Origin: an uncultured bacterium
Lineage (GTDB): Bacteria > Patescibacteriota > Patescibacteriia > Patescibacteriales > UBA12465
Length of the DNA: 64,000 nt
Direction: 5' to 3'
Assembly: GCA_903945435.1 (NCBI GenBank)
Contig: CAJAVM010000001.1
Span: 73,071 to 137,070 of the forward strand
Positions 46,364-54,214 of the stretch are shown one piece after another. Positions within the stretch are counted from its first letter, which is position 1, and every line of letters begins with the position of its first letter. A program made the translations under genes and the position numbers. The notes under the pieces were generated by a model. The model was not told the origin of the DNA, ran no database searches, and worked only from the letters and a program-made list of their open reading frames with translations.

Positions 46364-46870
46364 ATGATAAAGCACAAGGAACAAAGGGTTGGGATTTTAG
46401 TAGACGTGTCGAACATGTACCATTCTGCTAAGAATTTATACAAACGAAAAACCAACTTTAAAGAGATTTTATTAAAAGCAGTGGCCGGCCGGAAACTTAT
46501 CCGGGCCACTGCTTATGCTATACGGACAGAAACAAAAGAAGAGCTTCCCTTCGCTGAAGCTCTCGAACAACAAGGGTTTGAAGTGAAATTAAAGGACTTA
46601 CAAATATTTGCCGGCGGCGCTAAAAAGGCTGACTGGGATGTTGGTATTGCAATTGATGCTATTAAACTAGCTGATAAATTAGATGTTATCGTAATTGTTT
46701 CCGGTGATGGAGATTATTTGCCATTAGTATCATATTTACAGAATAACAAAGGATGTTTAGTGGAGGTGATGGCCTTCAGAAAAACCTGTTCTTCAAGATT
46801 AATTGAAGAAGCGGATGACTTTATTGATTTAGGAAGTGATAAAAAATTTCTGATATATAACCGACAATAA
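46364..46870 (+). CDS. NYN-domain (LabA/DUF88-like) putative ribonuclease
   Basis: 168 aa. VGILVDVSNMYH ... DWDVGIAIDA ... IVIVSGDGDYLPLV pattern of LabA-like NYN domains. It starts 8 nt after the rpsO stop. Confidence 0.7.
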   Translation: MIKHKEQRVGILVDVSNMYHSAKNLYKRKTNFKEILLKAVAGRKLIRATAYAIRTETKEELPFAEALEQQGFEVKLKDLQIFAGGAKKADWDVGIAIDAIKLADKLDVIVIVSGDGDYLPLVSYLQNNKGCLVEVMAFRKTCSSRLIEEADDFIDLGSDKKFLIYNRQ

Positions 46871-46899
46871 ATAAGCAAGAAAAAATAAATATAAAATGA

Positions 46900-46959
46900 C
46901 CTGCCCGTTAAATAGATAGTGCTGTAAGATAATTACAGTCCTGTAATTTAACGGCCAGG
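46900..46959 (+). promoter_or_regulatory. Long leader hairpin immediately upstream of pnp
   Basis: CCTGCCCGTTAAAT (46900-46913) pairs with ATTTAACGGCCAGG (46946-46959) at 13 of 14 positions. An inner hairpin lies at 46922-46938. The pnp ATG is 11 nt downstream. Confidence 0.6.
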
Positions 46960-46970
46960 CAAAAAAAATT

Positions 46971-49244
46971 ATGGAAAAAGTATTTTCAGGAGAGTGGCTT
47001 GGCCGTCCTCTCACTATCAAGACCGGTAAAATCGCTTTACAAGCCGATGCCGCGCTCTGGGTACAGTATGGAGAAACTGTTGTACAAGCAACAGTAGTAC
47101 AATCTAAAACCGAACGTGAAGGAGTAAATTTCTTCCCACTGATGGTTGATTTTGAAGAGAAGCTTTATGCCGCTGGCATAATTAAAGGTTCTCGTTGGGT
47201 TAAACGCGAAGGTCGTCCAACCGACCAATCAGTTTTAACAGGACGTATGATAGATAGATCTATTCGTCCGCTTTTTGTAACTGGTGATAATCGTGATATT
47301 CAAGTTATTGTAACTGTTTTAGCAATTGACCAAGAGAATGACTACGACGTTGTTTCTCTACTTGCTGCTTCAGCCGCTTTATCTATTTCTGGAATTAAAT
47401 GGAATGGACCAATCGGCGGAATTCGCGTTGGTTTAATTGAAGATAAATTAGTTTTCAATCCAACTTACGAAGAACAAGCTAAAAGCACTCTTGATTTAAT
47501 TGTTGCCGGAACTGATAAGAAAGTTATTATGATTGAAGCGGGCGCTAATGAAATTCCAGAAAGCGTAATGCTTGAAGCAATTAATGCTGGACAACGCGAA
47601 ATGCAAGTTGCTATCGATTTAATCAAAGAATTAAAAGCTAACGTTGAACCTAAAAAAGTTGAAAAACCAATTAAAGAAAAGTCTGCTGAAGAGCTAGAAG
47701 CATTAGCTGAAAAAGAAGCCTTACTTGAAATTGGAAAGAAATGGTTAAGCGAAAATATTCCAACAATTTTATTTACTAAAGAATACTATACTAAAGGCGA
47801 AAGAAAAGCAGCTGTTGGCGCCATTAAAGAAGGTTTGGATGAATATCTAACTGCTCAAGGATTAAGCGGCGATAAGCGTGGCTTTATTGCTAAAAAATTA
47901 GTTGAAGAAATGATTGATACGGAAGTTACTCGCGCAATTGTTGAAGATAAAAAACGTGTTGATGGTCGCGGTCTAGAAGAAATCAGGCAGCTATTAGCTG
48001 AGGTTGCTATTTTACCTCGTGATCATGGTACTTCCCTATTCTCTCGTGGCGAAACTCAAGTTATGTCAATTGTAACTTTAGGCGCTCCAGGAATGGAACA
48101 ATCTTTAGAAGGTATGGAAGGCCAAAGCAAAAAGAGATACATGCATCATTATAATTTCCCTCCATACTCAGTTGGCGAAGCTTCTCCTTTAAGAGGAACT
48201 GGCCGACGTGAAGTTGGACATGGTGCACTTGCCGAAAAAGCTTTGCTTCCAGTTATCCCAAATCGTGAAGACTTTCCTTATACTGTTCGTGTTGTCAGTG
48301 AAACTTTAGGTTCTAATGGTTCATCATCAATGGCTTCTACTTGTGCTTCAACTTTAGCTTTAATGGATGCTGGTGTACCAATTAAAAAACCAGTTGTCGG
48401 CATTGCAATGGGACTTGCCTCAAATCATGATATGAGCAAATGGGAAGTTCTAACTGATATTCAAGATTTAGAAGACGGCGAAGGGGGAATGGATTTCAAA
48501 ATAACTGGAACTGATACTGGCTTAACTGCTATTCAGCTTGATACAAAAACTGATGGTTTAACTGAAGCAATCATTGCTAAAACTTTAACTCAAGGCCGTA
48601 AAGCTTTGAATGAAATTTTAGAAGTTATAAAAACTGCCATCCCTGCTCCAAGAGAAGAGATGTCTAAATATGCTCCAAGAATTATTAGCTTTAATGTTGA
48701 TCCAGAAAAGATTGGCGCTATCATTGGTCCCGGCGGAAAAATTATTAACCGTATTATTGATGAAACCGGTGTTAGTATCGACATCGAAGATACCGGCTTA
48801 GTAATGATTTGTGGAACTGATGTTGAAAAAGTTAATGAAGCTGTTAGACAAGTTAAAGAAATCGTCCATGTTTTTGAAGCTGGTGAAGTAATGAAAGGTA
48901 AGGTTGTAAGAATGTTAGACTTCGGTGCTTTCATCGCTTTAAATGCTAACCAAGATGGTATGGCTCATGTTAGCGAATTAGCTCCTTACCGCATTGAAAA
49001 ACCAAGCGACTTCTTAAATATTGGTGATGAAGTTACTGTTAAAATTAAGGAGATAGATGACCAAGGAAGAGTTAATCTAACTTTAAAAGGTTTGGAGGAA
49101 AATGCTCACCTTTGGAAGGATGAAAAGGGTAAATCTAACGGCCAACCATCAGCTGGAGGTTTTAGACCTAGTCGTTTCGGTTCTAGCGGCGGAAATGACC
49201 GCGGCGGAGCAAGAAAACCAGGAGGGTTTGTTCCTAGAGGTTAA
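46971..49244 (+). CDS. pnp: Polyribonucleotide nucleotidyltransferase (PNPase) with an RG/G-rich C-terminal tail
   Basis: 757 aa. Two RNase PH domains, then KH (GPGGKIINRI) and S1 (GKVVRMLDFGAFI) domains, then a 50-aa tail ending GGNDRGGARKPGGFVPRG. Confidence 0.96.
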   Translation: MEKVFSGEWLGRPLTIKTGKIALQADAALWVQYGETVVQATVVQSKTEREGVNFFPLMVDFEEKLYAAGIIKGSRWVKREGRPTDQSVLTGRMIDRSIRPLFVTGDNRDIQVIVTVLAIDQENDYDVVSLLAASAALSISGIKWNGPIGGIRVGLIEDKLVFNPTYEEQAKSTLDLIVAGTDKKVIMIEAGANEIPESVMLEAINAGQREMQVAIDLIKELKANVEPKKVEKPIKEKSAEELEALAEKEALLEIGKKWLSENIPTILFTKEYYTKGERKAAVGAIKEGLDEYLTAQGLSGDKRGFIAKKLVEEMIDTEVTRAIVEDKKRVDGRGLEEIRQLLAEVAILPRDHGTSLFSRGETQVMSIVTLGAPGMEQSLEGMEGQSKKRYMHHYNFPPYSVGEASPLRGTGRREVGHGALAEKALLPVIPNREDFPYTVRVVSETLGSNGSSSMASTCASTLALMDAGVPIKKPVVGIAMGLASNHDMSKWEVLTDIQDLEDGEGGMDFKITGTDTGLTAIQLDTKTDGLTEAIIAKTLTQGRKALNEILEVIKTAIPAPREEMSKYAPRIISFNVDPEKIGAIIGPGGKIINRIIDETGVSIDIEDTGLVMICGTDVEKVNEAVRQVKEIVHVFEAGEVMKGKVVRMLDFGAFIALNANQDGMAHVSELAPYRIEKPSDFLNIGDEVTVKIKEIDDQGRVNLTLKGLEENAHLWKDEKGKSNGQPSAGGFRPSRFGSSGGNDRGGARKPGGFVPRG

Positions 49245-49267
49245 ATCTCTAAGAAGATAACAAACCA

Positions 49268-49296
49268 TTGACTTTTAACCAAAATTAAGTTAATCT
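49268..49296 (+). promoter_or_regulatory. Promoter upstream of rpsP (TTGACT, 17-nt spacer, TAATCT)
   Basis: TTGACT at 49268-49273, TAATCT at 49291-49296. Confidence 0.5.
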
Positions 49297-49327
49297 AACA
49301 CAATATAAAATAATACAGAAAAACACT

Positions 49328-49744
49328 ATGTTAGCGATAAAATTATCCAAAACAGGAAAAACAAACAAAAAAATGTTCCGTTTGATAATCTCGGAAAAAG
49401 GCCGTGATCCATATGGTAATGTTTTAGAAATCTTAGGTTCTTACAATCCTCATTCTAAAGAATTAGTTGCTAAGACTGACCGTGTTAGCTATTGGATTAG
49501 CAAGGGCGCTCAGATGACCGCAACTGTAAATAATCTTTTAGTTGAAAAAAAGATTATTGAAGGTAAAAAAGTTGTAGCTTCAAAAGTTGGAGAAAAAAGC
49601 GAAAAGCGTACTGCTCAAGTAAAAACTAAAGCTGATAAAAAAGCTGCCGCTGAAACTGCCGCTAAAGCTCCAGTTGTAGAAGAACCAAAAGTAGAAGAAG
49701 TTGTAGCTGAAGAAGCTGCTCCTGAAGCAGAAACACAAGCTTAA
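49328..49744 (+). CDS. rpsP: 30S ribosomal protein S16 with a roughly 60-aa A/E/K-rich C-terminal extension
   Basis: The N-terminal roughly 76 aa align with S16 (IKLSKTGKTNKKMFRLII, GSYNP). The tail is rich in K, A, E and V. Confidence 0.9.
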   Translation: MLAIKLSKTGKTNKKMFRLIISEKGRDPYGNVLEILGSYNPHSKELVAKTDRVSYWISKGAQMTATVNNLLVEKKIIEGKKVVASKVGEKSEKRTAQVKTKADKKAAAETAAKAPVVEEPKVEEVVAEEAAPEAETQA

Positions 49745-49752
49745 TTAGCAAA

Positions 49753-49780
49753 TTGACAAATAGCTAAGCAGTGCTAAAAT
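49753..49780 (+). promoter_or_regulatory. Promoter upstream of the KH-domain gene (TTGACA, 16-nt spacer, TG-extended TAAAAT)
   Basis: TTGACA at 49753-49758, TGC at 49772-49774, TAAAAT at 49775-49780. Confidence 0.5.
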
Positions 49781-49881
49781 ACTAGCATAAGACTATTACA
49801 CATTCAGTTAATAGTTATTTAATAAATTTCTTTTCTCTCTGAATAAATTTATTTATTCCCAGAAAAAGATTAACCAAAATT

Positions 49882-50217
49882 ATGGAAGAGCAAGACAAGA
49901 AGTTTCTTGAGATTATCGTGAAACAAATCGTTGGTAATCCAAACGATGTAGTCGTAGACAGAACGATTGATGAAAGAGGAGTGCTTTTAACTCTTAAGAT
50001 CAATCCAGCTGACATGGGATACGTTATCGGCCGCAAGGGACAAACCGCGCAGGCAATCCGCACCTTATTAAAAATTGTTGGTGCTAAAAATAACTCTCGC
50101 GTTAACTTAAAGATTTACGATCCAGAGGGTGGAAATCATCGCTCAAACATGAGTGCTGAAACTCCTATCAATCGTGATGAAATCGATACTTCAGCAATTG
50201 ACGATTTAAAAATCTAA
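49882..50217 (+). CDS. KH-domain RNA-binding protein (YlqC/KhpA-like, UPF0109) with a C-terminal extension
   Basis: 111 aa. GYVIGRKGQTAQAIRTLL KH motif. It sits in the usual position between rpsP and trmD. Confidence 0.8.
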   Translation: MEEQDKKFLEIIVKQIVGNPNDVVVDRTIDERGVLLTLKINPADMGYVIGRKGQTAQAIRTLLKIVGAKNNSRVNLKIYDPEGGNHRSNMSAETPINRDEIDTSAIDDLKI

Positions 50218-50242
50218 ATTGAAAAAATAAAAATAAACAAGA

Positions 50243-50269
50243 AAGCCCGTGTCAAACCGTGGCTTTTTT
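50243..50269 (+). terminator. Probable terminator or attenuator after the KH gene
   Basis: AGCC..CG (50244-50249) pairs with CG.GGCT (50258-50264) with one bulge, followed by T6. Confidence 0.5.
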
Positions 50270-50277
50270 GTTATAAT
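50269..50277 (+). promoter_or_regulatory. Extended -10 element TGTTATAAT upstream of trmD
   Basis: TG at 50269-50270 and TATAAT at 50272-50277, 29 nt before the trmD ATG. Confidence 0.45.
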
Positions 50278-50305
50278 AAGCAGAGATTAGAAATTAACCA
50301 AAACT

Positions 50306-50980
50306 ATGAGATTCCAAATAATTACAATTTTTCCAGATATTTTCTCGTCCTATTTCGGCGAAAGTATTTTGAAGCGGGCACAAGAAAAAAAAGTTATTGA
50401 ATTCAAAATTCATAACTTACGAGACTGGACATCCGATAATCATAAAACGGTTGATGATGCGCCTTATGGAGGCGGAGCGGGGATGTTAATGAAGATAGAG
50501 CCGTTATATAAAGCATTGAAAGATATCAACAAAAAATCAGCCAAGATTAAGACGGCTAAAAGAAAAGTAATTTTACTTTCTGCATCTGGTAAAAAATGGA
50601 ATCAAAAAATGGCCCAAAAATATTCTAAGTTTGAAGAAATAGTTTTTGTATGCGGACGCTATGAGGGAGTTGATGCTAGAATAAAAAAATTTATTGATGA
50701 AGAAATTTCTATCGGCGAATATGTTTTAACTGGTGGCGAATTACCAACAATGGTAATGATAGATTCAATTACGCGGTTGCTGCCTGGCGTGCTCGGAAAT
50801 AAAATGAGCACCATTGAAGAATCTCATTCCGAAGAAGGCTTAGCGGAATATCCGCAATACACTAGACCGGAAATATTTATTGCAGATGGAAAGAAATACC
50901 CAACACCAAAAATATTATTATCAGGAGACCATAAAAAAATCGCGGAGTGGAGAAAAAAACAACAAAAGGAGATTAAATAA
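50306..50980 (+). CDS. trmD: tRNA (guanine37-N1)-methyltransferase
   Basis: 224 aa. FQIITIFPDIF, DDAPYGGGAGM and RYEGVD motifs. Confidence 0.93.
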   Translation: MRFQIITIFPDIFSSYFGESILKRAQEKKVIEFKIHNLRDWTSDNHKTVDDAPYGGGAGMLMKIEPLYKALKDINKKSAKIKTAKRKVILLSASGKKWNQKMAQKYSKFEEIVFVCGRYEGVDARIKKFIDEEISIGEYVLTGGELPTMVMIDSITRLLPGVLGNKMSTIEESHSEEGLAEYPQYTRPEIFIADGKKYPTPKILLSGDHKKIAEWRKKQQKEIK

Positions 50981-51006
50981 AAAAGACCGGAGCAATCCGG
51001 TTTTTT
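50980..51006 (+). terminator. Rho-independent terminator after trmD
   Basis: ACCGG (50986-50990) pairs with CCGGT (50997-51001), extended by A:U pairs, then T6. Confidence 0.6.
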
Positions 51007-51054
51007 GTAACATGAAAACCATAATTTACTAAGATTAGAGCAAAGTATAAAAAA

Positions 51055-51083
51055 TTGAATATCTGTTTAATTTTTGCTAAAAT
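51055..51083 (+). promoter_or_regulatory. Promoter for the orphan secreted-protein gene (TTGAAT, 17-nt spacer, TG-extended TAAAAT)
   Basis: TTGAAT at 51055-51060, TGC at 51075-51077, TAAAAT at 51078-51083. Confidence 0.5.
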
Positions 51084-51121
51084 ATTAATATAATAACTTA
51101 TTAACTTATTCTGACAAGAAT

Positions 51122-52009
51122 ATGAGTAAATTTGAAATGGGGTTTATGAAACCCAAAGAAGCAAAGGTTGAAGATAATAAAACAGGCCATTTAGCCAAAA
51201 TGGCAGCGATTATGTCTTTAGCTTTTCTAAGCTTAGGCGCCGCTAAAGAAAGCCAAGCTTATAACAGGGACAAAAAGATAACTCCAAATTTAGAAGTCGC
51301 TAATAAATTTTTGAGTACCGCAAGTGAAGATAATGCTACTTGGAGTTATTTTACCAAGTCAGAAAGGCTCGGTCCCGAAATTCCGGTAGGAGCTGAAACT
51401 CCTTTCGGAAAAGGGGTAATAATATGCAACGGATCGGCTTATAACAATCCCGACTCAAAAATTATTTTTTCTAAAATAACTGAAGACGTTAATGAACAAG
51501 GAGAAAAGGTTGAACATAAAACAGTCGCCATTGATATTGATGCGGATGGAGACGTTGATTTTATCGCCAACAAAACTATGAGTGAAAAAGAATTAGGGTT
51601 TAGTATGCCTTATGAAGGCATGCCCTCGGTAAGAGAAACGGCAGATGGTACAATACACGGCATAACTCCTAACTTCGTAAAATCCTGGCAAGCACAAGAA
51701 GAAGTAAATAAAAACTTTTTTAACCAAGAAGTTCCTAGCGCTGTTGTTAGTTTAAGTGCTGATGGAGGACTTAGTGAAAGATTGACCATGAAAGAATGTG
51801 AAGAAAAAGTAAAAGGCCAATTCAGTGAGAAGGATGGATATTATGTTGTCTCAGTAACTGAGCTAGAAAAAAGCGCTCAAGAAGAAATTCAGGCTGGATT
51901 TTCTAAAACACTTCAAGAAGCTACAAAAGTAATGGAAGACGCTAAAAGCAAAAGACCAACTGAATCAGGAAGATATAACGCTCACGAAGGCTACGGACAA
52001 CAATACTAG
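51122..52009 (+). CDS. Orphan secreted or membrane-anchored protein (295 aa) with a DxDxDG calcium-binding-like loop
   Basis: Signal/anchor-like MAAIMSLAFLSLGAAKESQA and an IDIDADGDVDFI motif. TAG stop. No family recognised. Confidence 0.55.
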   Translation: MSKFEMGFMKPKEAKVEDNKTGHLAKMAAIMSLAFLSLGAAKESQAYNRDKKITPNLEVANKFLSTASEDNATWSYFTKSERLGPEIPVGAETPFGKGVIICNGSAYNNPDSKIIFSKITEDVNEQGEKVEHKTVAIDIDADGDVDFIANKTMSEKELGFSMPYEGMPSVRETADGTIHGITPNFVKSWQAQEEVNKNFFNQEVPSAVVSLSADGGLSERLTMKECEEKVKGQFSEKDGYYVVSVTELEKSAQEEIQAGFSKTLQEATKVMEDAKSKRPTESGRYNAHEGYGQQY

Positions 52010-52042
52010 TTTCTAAATTTAAACAACAAAAAGAAATTAAAT

Positions 52043-52078
52043 AAAAAAGACGTTCGTAGAAATACGAGCGTCTTTTTT
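52043..52078. terminator. Bidirectional terminator between the two convergent orphan genes
   Basis: 10-bp stem GACGTTCGTA (52049-52058) / TACGAGCGTC (52063-52072) with a GAAA loop, flanked by A6 and T6. Confidence 0.85.
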
Positions 52079-52106
52079 AAAAGAACATTTTTTAAAAATT
52101 AGAAAC

Positions 52107-52706
52107 TTAGATTGCTTCCAGAATGGCAAATTTATTACGCGGAAAAAATTCTACATACTGGCCGGCTGGCTCATCGACAATAGTCGGAAGTTTTGCTTTT
52201 ATGCCAAACTTATAGCCAACCTTATAAAACTTTCCAGGCCTAATTAATCGGAAGGCATTATATTTACCATGATCCAGATTCCTGTCGGTAGGCATATTAC
52301 CTATAACAAAGATTTCCCAATCAGCAGCCAGCTCTGGATAGCATTTAGCAAAAACTAAAAATTCAACGATTGTTGCCGGCACATAACTACTAGTGCTTAC
52401 TACATCCAGAACTCTAAAGGCGTTTGTTGTGCATCCTCCAAATTCAATAAACTTCAATCTAAAGCGACGCTTAAGATTACGAATTGATTTAGAAATGCAC
52501 TCTTGAGCCTCAACGCTCTCAATACAGAATCCTTCGGACGGGTCGATAGAATAATCTACTTCGATTTCATAACCTTTAGCTAAGTAGGAATATTCCAGGC
52601 CGATTTGAGTCGTCTGAACAACATCCAACAAGCTGATTTTATTATCTCTAATCATTTCCTGTACAGTTTGAAGGGCTTTTTCTTCGGGCTTGGTCAGTTT
52701 TTCCAT
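52107..52706 (-). CDS. Orphan cytoplasmic protein (199 aa), no recognisable family
   Basis: Clean ORF with a TAA stop, convergent with 51122-52009. The TTAACCAAAA motif lies 13 nt upstream of its ATG. Confidence 0.55.
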   Translation of the reverse strand: MEKLTKPEEKALQTVQEMIRDNKISLLDVVQTTQIGLEYSYLAKGYEIEVDYSIDPSEGFCIESVEAQECISKSIRNLKRRFRLKFIEFGGCTTNAFRVLDVVSTSSYVPATIVEFLVFAKCYPELAADWEIFVIGNMPTDRNLDHGKYNAFRLIRPGKFYKVGYKFGIKAKLPTIVDEPAGQYVEFFPRNKFAILEAI

Positions 52707-52788
52707 AATATCTATGTTTTTTTGGTTAATATTCAGTTTTTAAAGTAACTATTTAAAATAACAATATTTTACAATCTTGTCAATATCA

Positions 52789-53799
52789 TTAAACCACCTT
52801 CCAGCCATCTTCAGTTTCTTCTAAATGTCCTTCAACCGAAAATCCAGCTGCTCGTTTATGCCCACCGCCACCGAAATTTTTAGCAATCAAAGAAACGTCA
52901 ACCTCATCATAATTAGTTCGTAGACTTCCCTTCACACGACCGTCATCTTCTCGAAGTAATAATGCAATTTTTACATCTGATAAATAGCTCATAAAAGAAA
53001 CTATATCACCAAAAATATCAGCAACTTTTACCCTTTCTTCAATAGTTAATAATTCATCCAAATCTTTTTTCATTAAAGCTGAAGAAATTAAACCAGTATC
53101 CTGCTTAAATTTTATTTTTTCAAACACCTTTCCCCAAACTTTTAAAGAAGGTAGGCTACTAACTCCGCGCAAACGACTACTTATTTTTAATAAAGACGCC
53201 CCCTTCAAAAGCATTTGTGAAGAAGCGGCTAAAGCATCAAAAGAAGAATTCGCATGCAAAAAATTACCTGTATCAGCCATGAGCCCAATTAATATACATT
53301 CGGCGATATTCTTATTAATATTAAAGTCGTTTGCCTTAAGAAAATCGTAGACTATTTCCGTAGTCGAAGCCTTCTCGGGCAATCTGATTTCTAAATCCGC
53401 AAAAGCATCCTGAGATTCATGATGATCAAATTCAATAATATAAGGGCGAGTAATTTTTGCTAAGCCCTGAGAAGCTAAAATAGTTTTTAATTCTTGCTCT
53501 AGTCCAGTGCGAAACATCGAACCGCAATCTAAAATTAAAATCACAGAGAAATCAGCCAAACTAGTTGGCTTATTGCTACTTATTTTCTCTTCATGAGGAA
53601 TAAAGCTATAAATCGAATCAATCTTTTTTTCAGTATAAGTAGTAATCTTAATTCCTAGAATACTACACAATTCATACATCGCCCCTACCGAAGCGAGCGC
53701 ATCAGGATCGGGTGAAGTATGACTTACTAATAAAATTGTATCGGCTAAACTTATCTTTTGAAAAGCTAATTTTAATTTATCATTCAATTCCATAACCAA
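52789..53799 (-). CDS. nrnA: DHH/DHHA1 phosphoesterase (NrnA-like nanoRNase/pAp phosphatase)
   Basis: 336 aa. SHTSPDPDALAS, EFDHHES and GGGGHKRAAG motifs. Downstream of rbfA, as in several other bacterial lineages. Confidence 0.75.
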   Translation of the reverse strand: MVMELNDKLKLAFQKISLADTILLVSHTSPDPDALASVGAMYELCSILGIKITTYTEKKIDSIYSFIPHEEKISSNKPTSLADFSVILILDCGSMFRTGLEQELKTILASQGLAKITRPYIIEFDHHESQDAFADLEIRLPEKASTTEIVYDFLKANDFNINKNIAECILIGLMADTGNFLHANSSFDALAASSQMLLKGASLLKISSRLRGVSSLPSLKVWGKVFEKIKFKQDTGLISSALMKKDLDELLTIEERVKVADIFGDIVSFMSYLSDVKIALLLREDDGRVKGSLRTNYDEVDVSLIAKNFGGGGHKRAAGFSVEGHLEETEDGWKVV

Positions 53800-53811
53800 A
53801 TATTCTATTAT

Positions 53812-53844
53812 AAAAAAACAAAAAAGTCCAGCCTAAGCTGGACT
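53812..53844 (-). terminator. Rho-independent terminator after rbfA
   Basis: AGTCCAGC (53825-53832) pairs with GCTGGACT (53837-53844) around a 4-nt loop. On the minus strand a U-rich run follows. Confidence 0.75.
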
Positions 53845-53868
53845 CTTAATTTCTACAAAATCGCTTAT

Positions 53869-54213
53869 TTAATCCGCGTAATCTTCGCTATTAGCCTGTT
53901 TAATTAAATCCTCAATTTTACTTGCCTCCCTTTCGGTAGCATCAAACTCCCAGATTAATTTAGGTAATTTTCTCAATTTAATACGTTGAGTTAAACGCTG
54001 TGCTAATTCTCTAGTTGCGGAGCTAAGTTTTCTCATTGCTGAACCAGCTAACTTATCAGGTAGCACAGAAAAGCCAATATGAGCCTGCTTTAAATCGGTT
54101 GAGCAATTAACATACGTAATAGTAATCAGCGCACCTTCAATACCAACTTCGCGATTAATCGCCAAGGCTAATTCTTCATGTATTAATTCATTTAATCTTT
54201 CAATCTTTGCCAT
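53869..54213 (-). CDS. rbfA: Ribosome-binding factor A
   Basis: 114 aa in an RbfA-like layout. Its ATG lies 1 nt downstream of the infB stop. Confidence 0.85.
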   Translation of the reverse strand: MAKIERLNELIHEELALAINREVGIEGALITITYVNCSTDLKQAHIGFSVLPDKLAGSAMRKLSSATRELAQRLTQRIKLRKLPKLIWEFDATEREASKIEDLIKQANSEDYAD

Positions 54214-54214
54214 A

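Noticed and set aside
46261-46509. 82-aa minus-strand ORF and the 38-nt polypurine tract (46265-46302) as a separate feature, such as a repeat or regulatory H-DNA.
   Set aside because: The tract simply encodes the Glu/Lys-rich tail of S15, and the minus-strand ORF is its Phe/Leu-rich shadow.
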